From Mantamonas sphyraenae STR306 (Eukaryota > Protista > CRuMs): a stretch of DNA of 64,000 nt. Below are positions 34,571 to 47,807 of this stretch, in pieces. Under the pieces are notes generated by a model. That model had not been told where the DNA came from. It worked only from the letters and a program-made list of their open reading frames with translations, and did no database searches. The position numbers and the translations under genes were made by a program. The stretch lies in assembly GCA_026936335.1 (NCBI GenBank), contig JAPMXV010000021.1:1-64000 (forward strand), read 5' to 3'. Position 1 is the first letter of the stretch. Each line of letters starts with the position of its first letter.

Positions 34571-37525
34571 ATGTCCACTCTGGACGAAGAGCTGCCTCCT
34601 CATCTACAACGACGCCGCTCGTCCAAGCGTTCCAACCCGCTCCAGCGCCGTCGCATCTCGGTCATCGACCACCTCGGCTCAGCCAGTGAAGATGTGCAGC
34701 ACGCCCTGGAAAGCGTACTTTCAGAGGACACTCAGTCGCCGCACGCAAAGTCCAATCTTTCCGTCGTGGACAGCGCCAGTTCCCAATCAGGCAAAGCCAA
34801 CAGCCACCGCCACCGCCACAAGGACCACGGCTACCCACGGCCCATTTCCAGCACCGCTGCTGCCCTTGACCGCCGCTTCCGCCGCAACGACTCTTCCATC
34901 GACATGCGTGCAGCCAAGCTTGCCGAGCGTCGCAAACGCCTTCTCGAATCCACCTCCCACTCCGCCATGCACTCCGAGGGCTCCCTGCCCAGCGTTTCCT
35001 CCCTTCCTTCCCGCGCCACACGTCCCAAGGAAGAACTCAAGAGCATGGGCAGTGATGCAGACGCACGAGGTCGTATCCTGACCCACCAGCGACGCCTGAG
35101 CACCACTGGCCACGACGCACACCCCTCTCCGCTCCCGGCATCCCTCCTTGCGCCCACCCAGTCCCTCCAACACGACGCAGTCACTGCTTCCTTGCGTGAT
35201 GATCCCTTTGCTGACCTTGACGACGACAGCGACGACGATTCCGGCCCAGCGCGTGGCCCTTTGGCCAAACGCAACGCAAACGGCACCAAACCCAAGCCTA
35301 AAGGATGGGCCAAACTCAAGCTCATGCGTCAGGACTCGGGTCTCCTCTTCAAACGACATGCCAGCGACATCATCAGTGCCTTTCAATGCACTCCCAGCAA
35401 CAACGACGTCCTGGCACACCGCATCCTCAAGAAACGGTCGGTTTGCTGCTGCGGCTTCCACTGCCCTCATCCTGCCCCCATCGACTCACAACCCTTCCCA
35501 CCGCACACGCACAGCCCCATCTATCGCAGCAACAACGACATCGACTTTCTCGTCCGATACACTCGTCACGTGCCCTTCCTACAGTACTTTGCCAGCGACG
35601 AACGACGTCTCCTCTGCCAGAACCTCGTCTACCAGAGTGTCCGCCAGGGGAAGCGCATTTTCCAGGAGGACGACGCACCCGACGGCTTTTACATTGTCCT
35701 CTTTGGTGTCGTCTCCATCCACCAGCGCATGCCCGACGATGAAGACACCCGCCGTCTTGTTTACCGCAACCAGCTCAGTGCACTCGTCCAGAAGCAGCAG
35801 CAACGCTACCAAGACTCGCTGCGCAACGACGGACCACCATCGACCTCCGCACCCAGCAACGCCAACAGCAACGTCAGCCCAAGCACAATCTCAGGCAATG
35901 CTGCCTCATCCTCCTCCTCCTCGTCCATAGCCGCTGCCACAAACACAACGTCCACCGTCCAGACGCTCTCCCCCGCAGTGTCCAGCGCCCTCGAGTCGTC
36001 GGGCATCGAGGGTGACCTGCACCACGGCCATGCAAACATGAGCGAGAAGCAACGCAAGCTCACCCTGGACGCCTACCTACAGGCCGAGTCGCACGCACGC
36101 CTGTCCGACGCAGACCGTGCCATCCTCCACCGCTTCATCTCGGATCACAATCTCGAACAGCTGGAAAGCACGTACGGCCATGTCCTTGCTGTGGCGGGCC
36201 CCTCCAGCAGCTTTGGCGAGCTTGCCCTTGCTCGGGTTGCTCCGCGCTCTGCCACCGCCGTCGCCCTGACCGACGTCGAGCTCATGTGTGTGCCCATCGA
36301 ACACTACCAAAACACATTCACCACCGGCACCCAGGCCACTCTCCACGACAAGATCGACGTCCTGCGAGGCCTGGACTTTTTCGCCCGCTGGTCCACAAAC
36401 GACCTCATGCGCCTGTGCTGGAACGTCATCGAACGCCAGTACACACGCCACGAAGTCGTACATCACACGGGCGAAGACGCACATCACCTGTTCTTCATCA
36501 AGAAGGGCGAGTGCAAAGTCACATACAGCATCGACCAATCGGCCCTGGACAAGTCCGGCCACAACGCCCTCGACTACGAAAACGAAAGCAAGGTCGCACG
36601 CAGACGTGCTCTCATGAAACACCCAAAAGTGCACATTCCACGCAAAAAGCAGACCATCGAACTTGCCATGCTCTACCAGGGCGAAATGTTTGGTGAGGAT
36701 GCTCTCCTCACAAACGCAAACGGCAAGTACTGTGTCACTGTCACCACCACCAAAGACTGCACCCTCCTCCTCATGCCCATCCACGACCTCCAACGCAAGC
36801 TCGACTCCCAAACCATGCGCACCATCCTCCAAGTCGCTCGCACAAAGCGCAACCACCGTGAGGACAAGATCGAGCTCTTTGCGCAACATCAACTCCACGA
36901 TCTCGAGCGTTGGGACGCAGATTCCTTCGAATCCCCCGTCTTTCTGCCAAACATCGACACTTCGGGTGCCTCTGTGCGCCAGACCATGGACACCAGCACT
37001 TCCTCCGCCACGTCCACCTCTTCGCCGGCACACGCAGATATCGAACGAGCCGCACGCCAGCAGCAACGCGAGCGCCAACGCATGGACGAGCAGACAAAAG
37101 CTGACGAACACGCACGGGCTCAGCATTTGCACACTCTCATCCAGCAGGTCGTCCAGGAACGTGAACACGAGGACACACAGGACACACGCCACCCGCATCT
37201 CCAGGACCCAGAGGTGCTCACACGCAAGCGACTGCGACGCGCAAACAAAAAGGTGGCTTCCATGAGCCGCCTGAAGAAGCTGGCGCGCCCTCGCGTCCAA
37301 GTCCGTGACCGACGCCTCATGCAAGAGATGCAGCGCAATTTGCTCAACCCGGAGCTCACCCTCGACCAGGTCATGGACGCCTTTATGGTTGCCACCCAAG
37401 AACGCCAGCGTTCTCGCATGCGTCGCCGTCCCAAACGGAGTGATGCATCCGGCACCGGCACAAACGCTGCCTCCTCCTCGGGCTCCAAAAGCCTCACCAT
37501 GAGTCGCAGCCGATCCAATCGATGA
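34571..37525 (+). CDS. Cyclic-nucleotide-binding domain protein (two CNB domains); intron 35437-35514
   Basis: IFQEDD..DGFYIVLFG, SFGELAL...PRSATA, LFFIKKG, MFGEDAL. Confidence 0.85.
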   Translation: MSTLDEELPPHLQRRRSSKRSNPLQRRRISVIDHLGSASEDVQHALESVLSEDTQSPHAKSNLSVVDSASSQSGKANSHRHRHKDHGYPRPISSTAAALDRRFRRNDSSIDMRAAKLAERRKRLLESTSHSAMHSEGSLPSVSSLPSRATRPKEELKSMGSDADARGRILTHQRRLSTTGHDAHPSPLPASLLAPTQSLQHDAVTASLRDDPFADLDDDSDDDSGPARGPLAKRNANGTKPKPKGWAKLKLMRQDSGLLFKRHASDIISAFQCTPSNNDVLAHRILKKRSVCCCGFHCPHPAPIDSQPFPPHTHSPIYRSNNDIDFLVRYTRHVPFLQYFASDERRLLCQNLVYQSVRQGKRIFQEDDAPDGFYIVLFGVVSIHQRMPDDEDTRRLVYRNQLSALVQKQQQRYQDSLRNDGPPSTSAPSNANSNVSPSTISGNAASSSSSSSIAAATNTTSTVQTLSPAVSSALESSGIEGDLHHGHANMSEKQRKLTLDAYLQAESHARLSDADRAILHRFISDHNLEQLESTYGHVLAVAGPSSSFGELALARVAPRSATAVALTDVELMCVPIEHYQNTFTTGTQATLHDKIDVLRGLDFFARWSTNDLMRLCWNVIERQYTRHEVVHHTGEDAHHLFFIKKGECKVTYSIDQSALDKSGHNALDYENESKVARRRALMKHPKVHIPRKKQTIELAMLYQGEMFGEDALLTNANGKYCVTVTTTKDCTLLLMPIHDLQRKLDSQTMRTILQVARTKRNHREDKIELFAQHQLHDLERWDADSFESPVFLPNIDTSGASVRQTMDTSTSSATSTSSPAHADIERAARQQQRERQRMDEQTKADEHARAQHLHTLIQQVVQEREHEDTQDTRHPHLQDPEVLTRKRLRRANKKVASMSRLKKLARPRVQVRDRRLMQEMQRNLLNPELTLDQVMDAFMVATQERQRSRMRRRPKRSDASGTGTNAASSSGSKSLTMSRSRSNR

Positions 37526-37555
37526 CCAAAAACACCAATGTATTTAGTCCCTCCC

Positions 37556-40500
37556 TCAAAAAATCATGCTCGTGTCGTCGTCAAAATGGATGGCCGGCAC
37601 GTCGTTCTGGAACGAAATGCTTCCGTTCACATCGCCGTGCACCGACCCACTGTCGTTGCCTGCACTGCCACCCATCCCCGACATATTCAGCCCGCTGCTG
37701 TTGGCGCCGCCTGTGCTGGAACGCTCGTTCACGCGCCGCCTCATGGGCGAAAACAGCTTCTCGCGGCGCGCACGCACATTCTGCGGCGCCAAGCGCGCAC
37801 CCACGCACCACCGCATCAGCCACACGCCCGCCAGACCCATCACAGATACAAGTACCACCGTCGACCAGCTTGCGCCCGCCATGCCTTCGCTGTACACCAC
37901 CTGCACCTGCTCGGCGCCCCCGGCCTCCTCCGCCTCTTCGGCCGCCCTGCGTGCCTCCTCCGCACGCCACAGCTCCTCCTGTGTGGCCTTGGTCTTGTAC
38001 ACCACTGGCACGCGCTGCTTCTGGCCCGTCACTGTGTTGCTCACCAGCACATACACACCTTCGAACGAACGGCGTGTCTTGACCACACGCACCTCAAACA
38101 CAGCGCTGCCTCGCGTCGACTCCATGCGCACCATGCGCACCTGCACACGTCCACTGTCCGTGCTCACTGCCTCCAGTTGAGAAGGTTTGCCAAACACACG
38201 CACGTTCTCCGAACGCACCTCCTGCGTCAGCTCAATCGCACGCCCGCGGTTCTCCAACACAAACGCAGGCACAAATGGCACCACCGCGTGTGCAGCCACC
38301 GCACTGTTGCCCACAAGTGTGGCACGCACATCCAGCTGCTCCACCGTCTCCTGCGTGAAATTCTGTGCGCTCGCAGCCACAGGGTGCACCATGCAGTACA
38401 CCGCGCCCGTGCCACGCTCCAACTGCACTGCTGTCGACGCCCACTCGCTCTGGTCCACGCTACACGCCACCTGCACGCGGTGCTGCACACGCGCGCCTCC
38501 CTCTTCGCCCGAATCCACCAGCTCGTGGCCTGCCGCGTCAAACACATTGACACGCAGGGCATACGACGGCGGCCGCTCCACAGGCACGTTGGTGGCAAAA
38601 CTCAGCTTGCCCATTTCGATGCTCAGCTTCGATACCGTCACCACACGCACGGGCGTCGACGACTTGGAGTCGCCGTGCGCACTCGACACGACCGCCGTCC
38701 CCGCCTTCAGCGCATGCGCCAGACCCGTACTCTCGTCCACAGCCACCACCTCGCTGTCCGACGACTGCCACGCTCCGCTTTCGATGCTGCTTTCCAGCTG
38801 CACCACGCCGCCCACAAGCACACGCGGCGACGCAGGCGCAATCGCGCTCCCCACCGTCAGCCGCACATAGTCTGCAATGTGATCGCCGCCCATTACAAAC
38901 ACACGCACCACAACCTGGCCCTGGCGCAACGCCGTGAAGCTCGCGGTGCGGTTCTCGTTCGACAGGCGCATGTCGCCAACCACATCCCTGCGGTTCACCT
39001 GCACTCCAAAGTCCACCCCCTGGTGCGAGTCAAACGCCACGCCCAGTTCGTCGCGCAGCACAAGCTCAAAGTTGGCCTGCGAGTGGATGGGCACATCCAC
39101 GCGGAATGGCTGTGCTGCGTGCAGCGACAACTGGTGCACTGCCTTGATCTGTACACGCAACACCACACTCTGACCCGTGCTGCGGTCGCTCACCGTGACA
39201 AACGCCGTGCCCGTCTGCTCGCCCGTGTGTCGCACGTTGCCCTTGCTGTCCACAGACACCAGCGGCTCCGAGCAGCCCTCGCTGCCAAACACAGCATACC
39301 TCAACTTTGTCTTGGTGTCCAGGTTGGTGCGCACAACATACTCGCTGCCCGGCGGCAGCAACACACTCGATGGTCCCTCCAGTGCCAGCGGAGGCACAAC
39401 CGACATGCTCATCGAGTCCACCAGTTGCGGCAGAGGCATGTCTGTAAAGTTGCGCAAATCCAGCCCGCTGCCAGGCACCACACGCACACTCAGCGTCGCC
39501 GTGCCCACCTGCAGCGCCTCCACCTCCATCGAAAACTGCGAGTGCATCTCCGCAGGCATCCCTGCACGGTGATACACAGGGCGCAACTCTGCAAGCTCAC
39601 CGTTGCTGATCTGCCAACGGAAAGGGATCTGCGCGAGTCCAAAGCTGAACGGCGTCTCGCCGCTCACGCCGTGCACGCGCACCGTCATGCGCTGGCCCAC
39701 CGTCAGCGTGTTGCTCGACGCATGAATCGCCAGGCCCGTGATCTTCTTCACCGTCACGCTCACCGTGTCCTTGCCATACGTGATCAACTTGCCCGTCAAC
39801 GAGTCGTACCCCTGCGCACGCACCTGCACCGTCGTGCTGCCCACACGCAGGCCCGTCACCAGACCGTCCGCACTCACAGCCACCACGTCGCCGTTGTCGC
39901 TTGCGTACGTCATGCGCGCGTTGTGCGGTCCACCCGAGTACGTCAGCTGGTGAACTGCGCCGGGGATCAAGATCATGCGGCTTGGCTCCACACGCAGTGG
40001 CGAGTACACAACCACCTGCTGCTTGCCACTGCTCACCACCACGCCGTCCTCCTCGCCGCGTGCGCTGAAGCTAATGCGCGTCGTGCCCAGATGTGCGCCA
40101 AACACAGTGTACACCGCCTCTGTGGCGTTCTCACCACCCTCTTCCACACCACGCTCCACAGGTGTCAACACAACTGCGCTTGTGTCTGTGTGCATTTCGA
40201 TGCGCATCAGCTCAAACTGCTCCACCGTGAACGGCATGCCGTTGGTGTCCAAAACGCGCAAGCGCAGCTCGTTGCTTGCGCCCAGCAGCAGCTTGTCCTG
40301 CACGCTCACCTCCAGACGCAGCACACGTGAAATGCTCAGCGACGATGACACAAGGTCCGACTGCTGCAGGCACTCGTCCTGCACCTGCAGCTGCACCTGC
40401 GAGCCCAGCTGCAGAGGGCGCAGCTCCACCCAGCGTGAGTCGTCACCGGGTCGAACAGCAACGTGTTGTCCGGGCAGGGCCGCGTACGTAAACACTCCCG

Positions 40501-43500
40501 AGCCACCGGTCGCCCGCAGCCGCACCACGTTGTCACGATGGTGGAAGATCGACACGCGCGAAGGCGACAGATGCACGTTGGCCACAAGCTCCATCTCCAC
40601 AGTGTGTTCCACCGCCGCTTTGAGCGTGAACGACGCGCGCAGGCCAACCGAGCGCAGCACACGTGCAGAGAACGCGGAAATGCGCGCTCCAATCTTCACC
40701 TTGCCCGTCCAGTCGCCCACGGGCATGGTGCGCCACGACGACGCATCGCCCTCCAACTTTGCCTGCTCCTCGTTGCTGCTCGTCCACGCCACGGGCGTCG
40801 ACGAAAAGTTGTCGAAGCGGTTGCCTTTGTCATCCAGCACATGCGCATCCACACGGATTCGCTGGCTGTTGCGGTACACAAAGCGGTCCGAGCTCTGAGA
40901 GCAGCGCTCGCTCACGTTGCGTGTGCGTTCAGGCACAATCAGCAGCACGTGCGGCTGCTTGCATGCAAACCACAACGTAGCCGTCGCGTTGCCCGGCACC
41001 GTGTTTGTGTGCGACGGCGTGTTGCCAACAAACACACGCAGCTCCTGCTCACCGTACGCCAGACAAGTCAGAACATATGCACCATCTGCCTGCCTCTCGA
41101 TGCGCACTTCTTGCGCCTTGCTCGGCGTCAGTGTCTCCTCGTGCGCAGTCGGATCAAATGGCCACGGCGACGGTCCACCCTGCACCTGCACACGCACAGA
41201 CGACCCGGGCGTAAGCAGCACCTGCGGCGCACCCGACGGCGTGCGTGCCTGCAGCGCTTCGTACGCACCAATCGTAGCCTCTGCACTCACGCCACCGTGG
41301 CTTGCCTCCACGCTCGTGTGGCCCTTGCGCAGCGCCACAAGCGTCAGGCGTCCGCACAGGTGTGCCGCCTGCGACGCCTGTGCGCTGTCACGTGCTGCCG
41401 CTGCTCCTGCGCTCTCAAACACGCTTGTGTCGTGGATGACCCACGCAAGATCCAGGTTGGAGCAGGCCGAGAACACGTTTCCTTCGCCGTCCAGAGCCAC
41501 CACGCTCATGTTCAGCCGCTGCACACTGCCAATCTCCGCCTCTCGCAGTGCTTGCACAAATTCCAGCGCCTTGACCGGCGCCACGTGCACCTCCATGCTG
41601 TCTGCGTTGCTCGGGTTGCGTCTGTCCGCCACACGCACGACCGTGCTGCCCTGTGTTGCCGCAAGCAGCAGTGCTGCCTGATCCACACTCGCCACAGCCG
41701 CATCTGCAACCTCCCAGTAGTACTCCCGGCTGCCACCCTCGGCCGCAAGCTGCAAGCTCTGCTGGCTCCCCTTTTGCGGCGTCGGCAGACGGATGGCGTC
41801 CTGCATGGCCTCGCCACGCACAATGCGCACAGGCGACGTCATCACAATGCGCTGGGCCGCCTTGATGCCTTGCGTACGCAGCTGTACGCGTCCGCGGCCC
41901 ACACGGTTGGTGAACCCCATCAGCTCCACCTCCAGCTTTGTGTCCTTGCTCACCTGAAGCGTGTATCGCCCGTTGCTCTTCAGTTTGGGCGTCTGTGCTG
42001 CCCCCAAGAAGCGCAGGTCCAACGCCACGCTGCTCGTGTTGTACCGGTCGCCTGCAAATGTGTAGCACTGCACGTCCAGCTCATACGTCACTCCGTGCAC
42101 CAGGTGCCACGTGTCCACCGTGCTGCTGTTGCTTTGCAGCGACCCGGGCGCCTGCTCGGCGTACACCGTCATCTCCAGGAATCCCGTGTCGGCCACACGC
42201 ACCAGCGCGCGTGCGTCGTTTTCCGGCATGTCGGCGTCGCTCACGGTCACCTCGGTGGCGCCCAACTGCTTACCCTGCACCTGCGCCAGGTTGTTCACCT
42301 GTGCCACTTTGGCGTCGCCTGTCGACCAGCGAAAGTGGGCGTCCGGCAGCTTGATCTCGGCACGCGCGTTGCCCTTCTTTGTCAGCAACGCGTACGGAAA
42401 CGTCTGGCCACGAAAGATCGTTGTGGCTGAGTAGGGCATCAGCAGCAAGGGTTGGAACACGCTCAGGTCCACGCGAGCAGGTTGCACGTCGGCATAAGCC
42501 TTTTCCTGCAGCACCGCCTGAACGGTCGCCACTCCCGTCTTGATCCCTTTCACCAGAGTTGCAGAGGACAGTTGGCCCTGTGATTCGACCCATTGCCATG
42601 CGATGGCCATGCGTGTCAGTGGCTGTCTCCATGCCTCCATCCCCCTCTCTCTCTCGTCCACTCACAAGCTCTTCCATGGAGCGACGGACCGTAGACACCT
42701 TGATCGAGGCATCCTTGTACGGCACCAACTGCAAGATGCTGTGGGATGGTGCATGAGTGCATGGGTGCAGAGTGTACTGTGTCAGAGTGTGCTCCGCATG
42801 CCTGCCACGTGTCGTAGGCTCCCTGCCGGAAAACACGCCTGGCGCGTGATGCCCTTACCTTGCCGCATTCTTGTACTTGGTGTGGTTCTTGCTCGGCACA
42901 ATGCTCCATTCCACACGCAGACCCTCCACGGTGGAAAACAGGTTGTCTGCGGGTGCATGTCCCGTGTCAGTGTGTGCTCCACCCTCCTCCATCTGCTCGC
43001 CAAGGGTGTTCCACTCACCGTCCGCGTCGAACGCATGAACACCGATCTCCTCCAAATCGTCCACATAGATGCTGCGCGTCGTGTGCGTCACTTCGATGCG
43101 CTGGATACGGTCCACGTGCACTTCACAGCGCAGTAGCTTGCCCGACGCTGAGTGTGTGTGTGTTTGTCATTGCCCTTGCCCTGTCAGTCGCCCGGACCCG
43201 CCAACTATGCGCGCCAAACCTGATCCGCCGCCGCTCAACCGCCTCCCCCCCCGCCCGCTCGCGCTCTCCACCTACCCAGGTGCTCTGCAAACACAATGGT
43301 CTTTTGGCGCCCGCTTTGCGTTGATGTCACACGGATGATTGCACTCTGTGAGCAGCTCGGCTGCGCAGCGTTCTCGAACAGCGGCTTCACCTGCGCCACC
43401 TGCTCGTTTGTCGACGTCCAGCGGTAGCAGCCGTTGTACGCCTCCAAACGATACTCCGTGTCTGTGTTCCGGTCACAATACGGCAGAAGCACGTTCAGCG

Positions 43501-43594
43501 TGCTGATTTCCGGAGCCCCTCCACTGCCCCAAGCCACTGCCGTCAGCATGGCCAGCAGCACAGCCAGCACAGGAACAGCCCCCAGTCTCGTCAT
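37556..43594 (-). CDS. NUP210: Nuclear pore membrane glycoprotein Nup210/gp210; exons 43594-43276, 43147-42859, 42738-42666, 42577-37556
   Basis: Signal peptide, LNVLLP..GCYRW.S, LRCEVHVD.I..IE...TTR, AFDADGE, repeated Ig-like units (GGS..Y, GGP.PW, FDNFSS, ETPFSFG), C-terminal TM. Confidence 0.92.
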
Positions 43595-43760
43595 CTCTCT
43601 CCCGCTTGATTGCGTTGGGTCTCGCTTCGCATGCACGGCCACACACATCTGTGCAGATGCCACACACACACATGCATATGCATCCATGCTGACATCCACA
43701 TCCATGCACAACCCAATGTCCCCACCCCCATGCCTCCTCCCACCCAGGAAAATCACTCCG

Positions 43761-44499
43761 ATGCGCGTTCCACTCTGCCTCGCTGCCCTCCTCATCCTGG
43801 TTGCGGCCGTGTCCGCCCTGACCCCGAGCCCCGAAAATTGTGAAGGTATGCGTGTGTGTGTGCATGTTGTGGCTTTGTGCGCCCCTGTGTGTGCCTGTGT
43901 GCCCCTACCCAGCCCGTCCGCCTCACCTTTCGTTTCCGCCGCTGACGTCAACTCTCTACGCCGCTCCTTGACCCTCCTCTCCGCTTCCATACGGCCCCAC
44001 AGCCTGTCGGGCCACCATTCTCGAAATCAAAAAGGAGCTGCCCAAGCTCGAACGTCGCTTTGGCAAGCGTGGTACGTGTATAATCGTCCCTGATGCCTCA
44101 CCCCAACCGAGCAGACTTTCCGCTGACTCTTTCCCGCCCCCAGAAATCGCCGTGGTCGAGGCCATGGAGAACATTTGCACCATGGAGCACTTTCGCTCGT
44201 ACGGCTACGCCCCTCCCAAGATGATTGAAGGCTGCACCAACCTCATCGGCGAATTTGACGAGGTCATGGAGCAGCTCCTTGTTGCCAACCAGCCCGACAT
44301 CACGCACCGTCTCTGCGACGTCGTCTCCAAGGCCTGTGAGTACGACGAGGCCAACGTCAAGGAGGAGGGTCCCTCCATCATGATGGACGGCAAGGAGATC
44401 CCAATGCAGGGCAAGGGACCCAGCCAGGGCACCCCGACTCTCACCAGCAGCGAGCAGGTCGACCAGGAGGCCCAAGACAACACCAAAACCGAGCTGTAA
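43761..44499 (+). CDS. Canopy/saposin-like ER lumenal protein; exons 43761-43845, 44003-44071, 44144-44499
   Basis: Signal peptide, CEAC, six-Cys saposin spacing, C-terminal KTEL. Confidence 0.75.
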
Positions 44500-44557
44500 A
44501 TCGCACGCATGATCGCAACCACAATCACTGAAGCTGCATTCCCTTCTGTCACCTCCT

Positions 44558-47500
44558 TCACAGCGCGTTGTCTTCCTCCTCCTCTGTGTCGTCGTCCGAA
44601 AAATCTTCATCCGAGTCGTCCAGCAGTTCTGTGGTGTGGAATGTCGACAGGTCCACCGCATGAATCGATGGGTTGCTCTCTGCGTTCCCTGTTGCTTCCG
44701 CCTCCTTTTCTTTCTGTGCCTTTTCCGCACGCTTGCGCTTCTGTTCCTCCAGCTTGCGCACAGTGGCCGCCGACGGCGCACGCTTTGTCGTTTTGCGTGT
44801 TTTGATCGTTCGTGTCGCTGCCACGGGTTTCACTGTCGGCGACATCTTCACGCCGCCCTCGCTGTACCCAAGGATTTCGTTCAGCTCCTCGTGGCTCTGC
44901 AGCACATCCTCGTTCTCCAGCTGCTCCTGTCCCAGCACCTCATCCTCCAGAGCATTGATTTCGTACGTCTGATCCTCCTCGGCGGGCTCCGTCATCGTGC
45001 TGCCCGTGCGGCCAGCAGGCGAAATCGTCACAGACGGTCCACGCTGCGGCTCAGGGGTTCCGTTGTGGTGCGAGTGGTGCCTTGCGTTGGTGCGCATGTG
45101 CTGATGATGCGATCCCATGCGTGACTGCGACAACGTCGGTGTGCTCGTGCGCTCAGACTCGTTGGGCGAATCCCCGTCTGCCAACCCGACCCCACCGCTG
45201 CCACCAGCACCCACTCCACCCAAGTGTGCTGCGTGCGTGTGTTGCAAGTCCTTTAGACTCTGACGTTGGCCGTGCATGTTCAGTGCACGCATCGACGTGC
45301 GCAGTCGACGCAGTACCTGCGACGACGCGTCCTCCGGGTGCATCACGTGGTCCACATCGTATCGGTTGCGTCCGGTCCAGTCGCGATGGCTTGGATGGTA
45401 CGCATGCGTCTCGTGGCCCATGTCCTCGTCGTCCGAAATCGCATCCATCATGCCCATCAGATCCACCGTGCGTTCCTGCACCAACCCTCCGCTGTCCTCC
45501 GACACATCTTCCAGATTGCTGTACGAATGCTCCCCATTGCGGTTGGGTCGGCGACGCACACTCGAAGGTACCTGCAGCAGCGCGGGGCCAGGGTGCGAGT
45601 CCATCGTGTGCTGCACAGCGTACGGCCCGTGCTTCGGTCCTTGCAGACCCTTCGCGTGCAGGTGCTGGTCCAACGACATGGGCAGCTTCTGCTCCACGTC
45701 CACCCTGCCTTCCTCCATCGTGGACGGCGACGGTCCCAAAAACTTGGAACGGTGCTGAGCCTTGCCCTCAATCAGCAACTGCCGCAGCTTCTCCTTTGCC
45801 TCCTTCTTCTCGTCGTGCAACAGCGCACGCACGAGCGCGCTCTCCTGGCCACGCTGCGTCAGCACCAGCGGACCGATGTACTTTGTGTCAAACTCCTTCC
45901 AACGCATCCTCCACCCGTCCTCGTCCGACGCAATCACGTCCATGCCGTGGCGCAGCTGCTTGATGCCTCGCATAAACACCTTTTTCGCAAGCGTGTCGTC
46001 CGGTGCAGCCTTGGCCAGCGACACGTGCAGAGATCCGATGATCGGCTTGACCGTCGAGCCCTGCACAAACACCGTGAAGAAGACGTTGAACAGGCACGCA
46101 AACAGCATGGCAGGACGCGCCTGCAGCGACTCCGGAAGCACAAACGCAAGCGCAAATGCAATTGCTCCGCGCAACCCACCGTACGCCATAATCAGCTGAT
46201 CCACCACAGGGATCGGCTTGATGCGCTTGCGGTTTGCCAGCGCCGTCAGCGAAAAGATGCCCACAAAGCGCCACAAGAGACAAAACACAAGCGTCAGCAC
46301 AGCAAGCGACCAGTCCAGCACATACGAATCCAGAGCTGTCGCCACACCCAGAAACATAAACACAATTGTCTCGGCCGTGGTCGACAACATCTTCAGCACG
46401 TACTTGACCACTGCGTGCGTCTGACGCGTCATGTTTGCGTCGGTCCAGTGAGCCATGCCGACACCACAGAACAGGATGGCCATGATACCCGACAGTGACA
46501 GGATCTCTGCCACCACGTAGCTGAGCAGCGAGCACACAATCACAATCACAGGCACAAGCACCTGCAGATGGTGCGTGTGCTTGCACATCATGGCACTCAG
46601 CAGCGCAAACACAATTCCCACCAGCACTCCGCCCAGCGACACCACAAAGAACTTGGCAATGGCCAAGAACGGCGTCCCCGCATCAATCGTCTCCACCGTA
46701 CGCAGACTTTCAAACAGCCGATACAGCACAATCGACACCGCGTCGTTCAACATGCTCTCTCCAAACACAAGCATGTTCAGTGTTTCGTTCACGTGCACCG
46801 CGTCGAAAATCGCAAGCACAGCCACAGGGTCCACCGCGCTCATCAGCGACGCAAACAACATGGCATCCACAAACGTCAGGCTCACCGTGAACCCGCCCGC
46901 AGCCGCTACTCCGTACAGACACGAGCCTGGAGAAGCAGGCCAGGCACGTCCAAGTGTGCGCGCGTGTCAGTGTGGTCATTTGCCGACGTGTGTGCGCGTG
47001 TGTGTGATTGCCTTGCGTCAGCCTTTGTTGCTTCGCGTTGTTGCTTTTCCTTCACCGCCCGATTTCTGCGCATGCTGCAAACGCAGCCCACCTACCAATC
47101 ATCAGGGTGTTGAACAGAGTGTTGACCACAGCAAAAAGAGAAATCGTGCCCAGGTTCACAAAGAACGCCTTTTGAACACCCAAGTAGCCCGCCTCGACGA
47201 TGATTCTGCGTGCAGAGAAAACGCACCCGCGCGTCAGCGAACATTCCACACGCAAGCAATTTCCCAACTGACCGTCGTATATTCTGCGGTTCGACGCCAC
47301 GCATGCAACACACACACACACACACAGACAGACACGTACGTGTGTGCAACTTACGGTGGAATGAGAATCAGGAAAAACACCTCGGGGTCAAACGTGAGGG
47401 GCAGGCCGTCGCTGCCAGTGCCCATCTGGAACAGGCGCAGCACGCCGCCAAACGCGGCGCCCACAAGGATCAGCAACGCACTCTCGGGCACGCGCTTGGT

Positions 47501-47749
47501 CAGCGCCGGGTAGTTGTGGAACAGCATGACGCAGGAGATGGCCACCAACACAAAGACACAGATGGTAAACAGCTCCTCGCCCAGGCCGGCAAAGTGCACT
47601 TGCACAACCTTTACGGGCGCGCCGTCGCTTGCCCCATGCCCTGCATCTGCCTCTCCGCTTGCCAACACACCGGGGCTGATACACAAAGCCAACATACACA
47701 GCACCAGCAGTGCCCTCAACGACACTGTGTGCGCAGGAAACGACGACAT
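44558..47749 (-). CDS. Na+/H+ exchanger (SLC9A/CPA1); exons 47749-47355, 47205-47096, 46926-44558
   Basis: VPESALLI, FFLILIPPII.EAGY, SAVDPVAVLA, FGESMLND, YGGLRGA. Confidence 0.95.
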
Positions 47750-47807
47750 TTTCGTGCTCAGCTCTTCGCGCGTTTCTGTTGGCTCGGCGACCGCGCCATC
47801 ACTTCAT

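Noticed and set aside
37538-42430. Long antisense or alternative-frame ORFs (e.g. 37538-40330, 47514-49841, 56926-59097, 6977-9061)
   Set aside because: Shadows of real genes on the opposite strand caused by high GC and biased codon use; H/R/A-rich and without motifs
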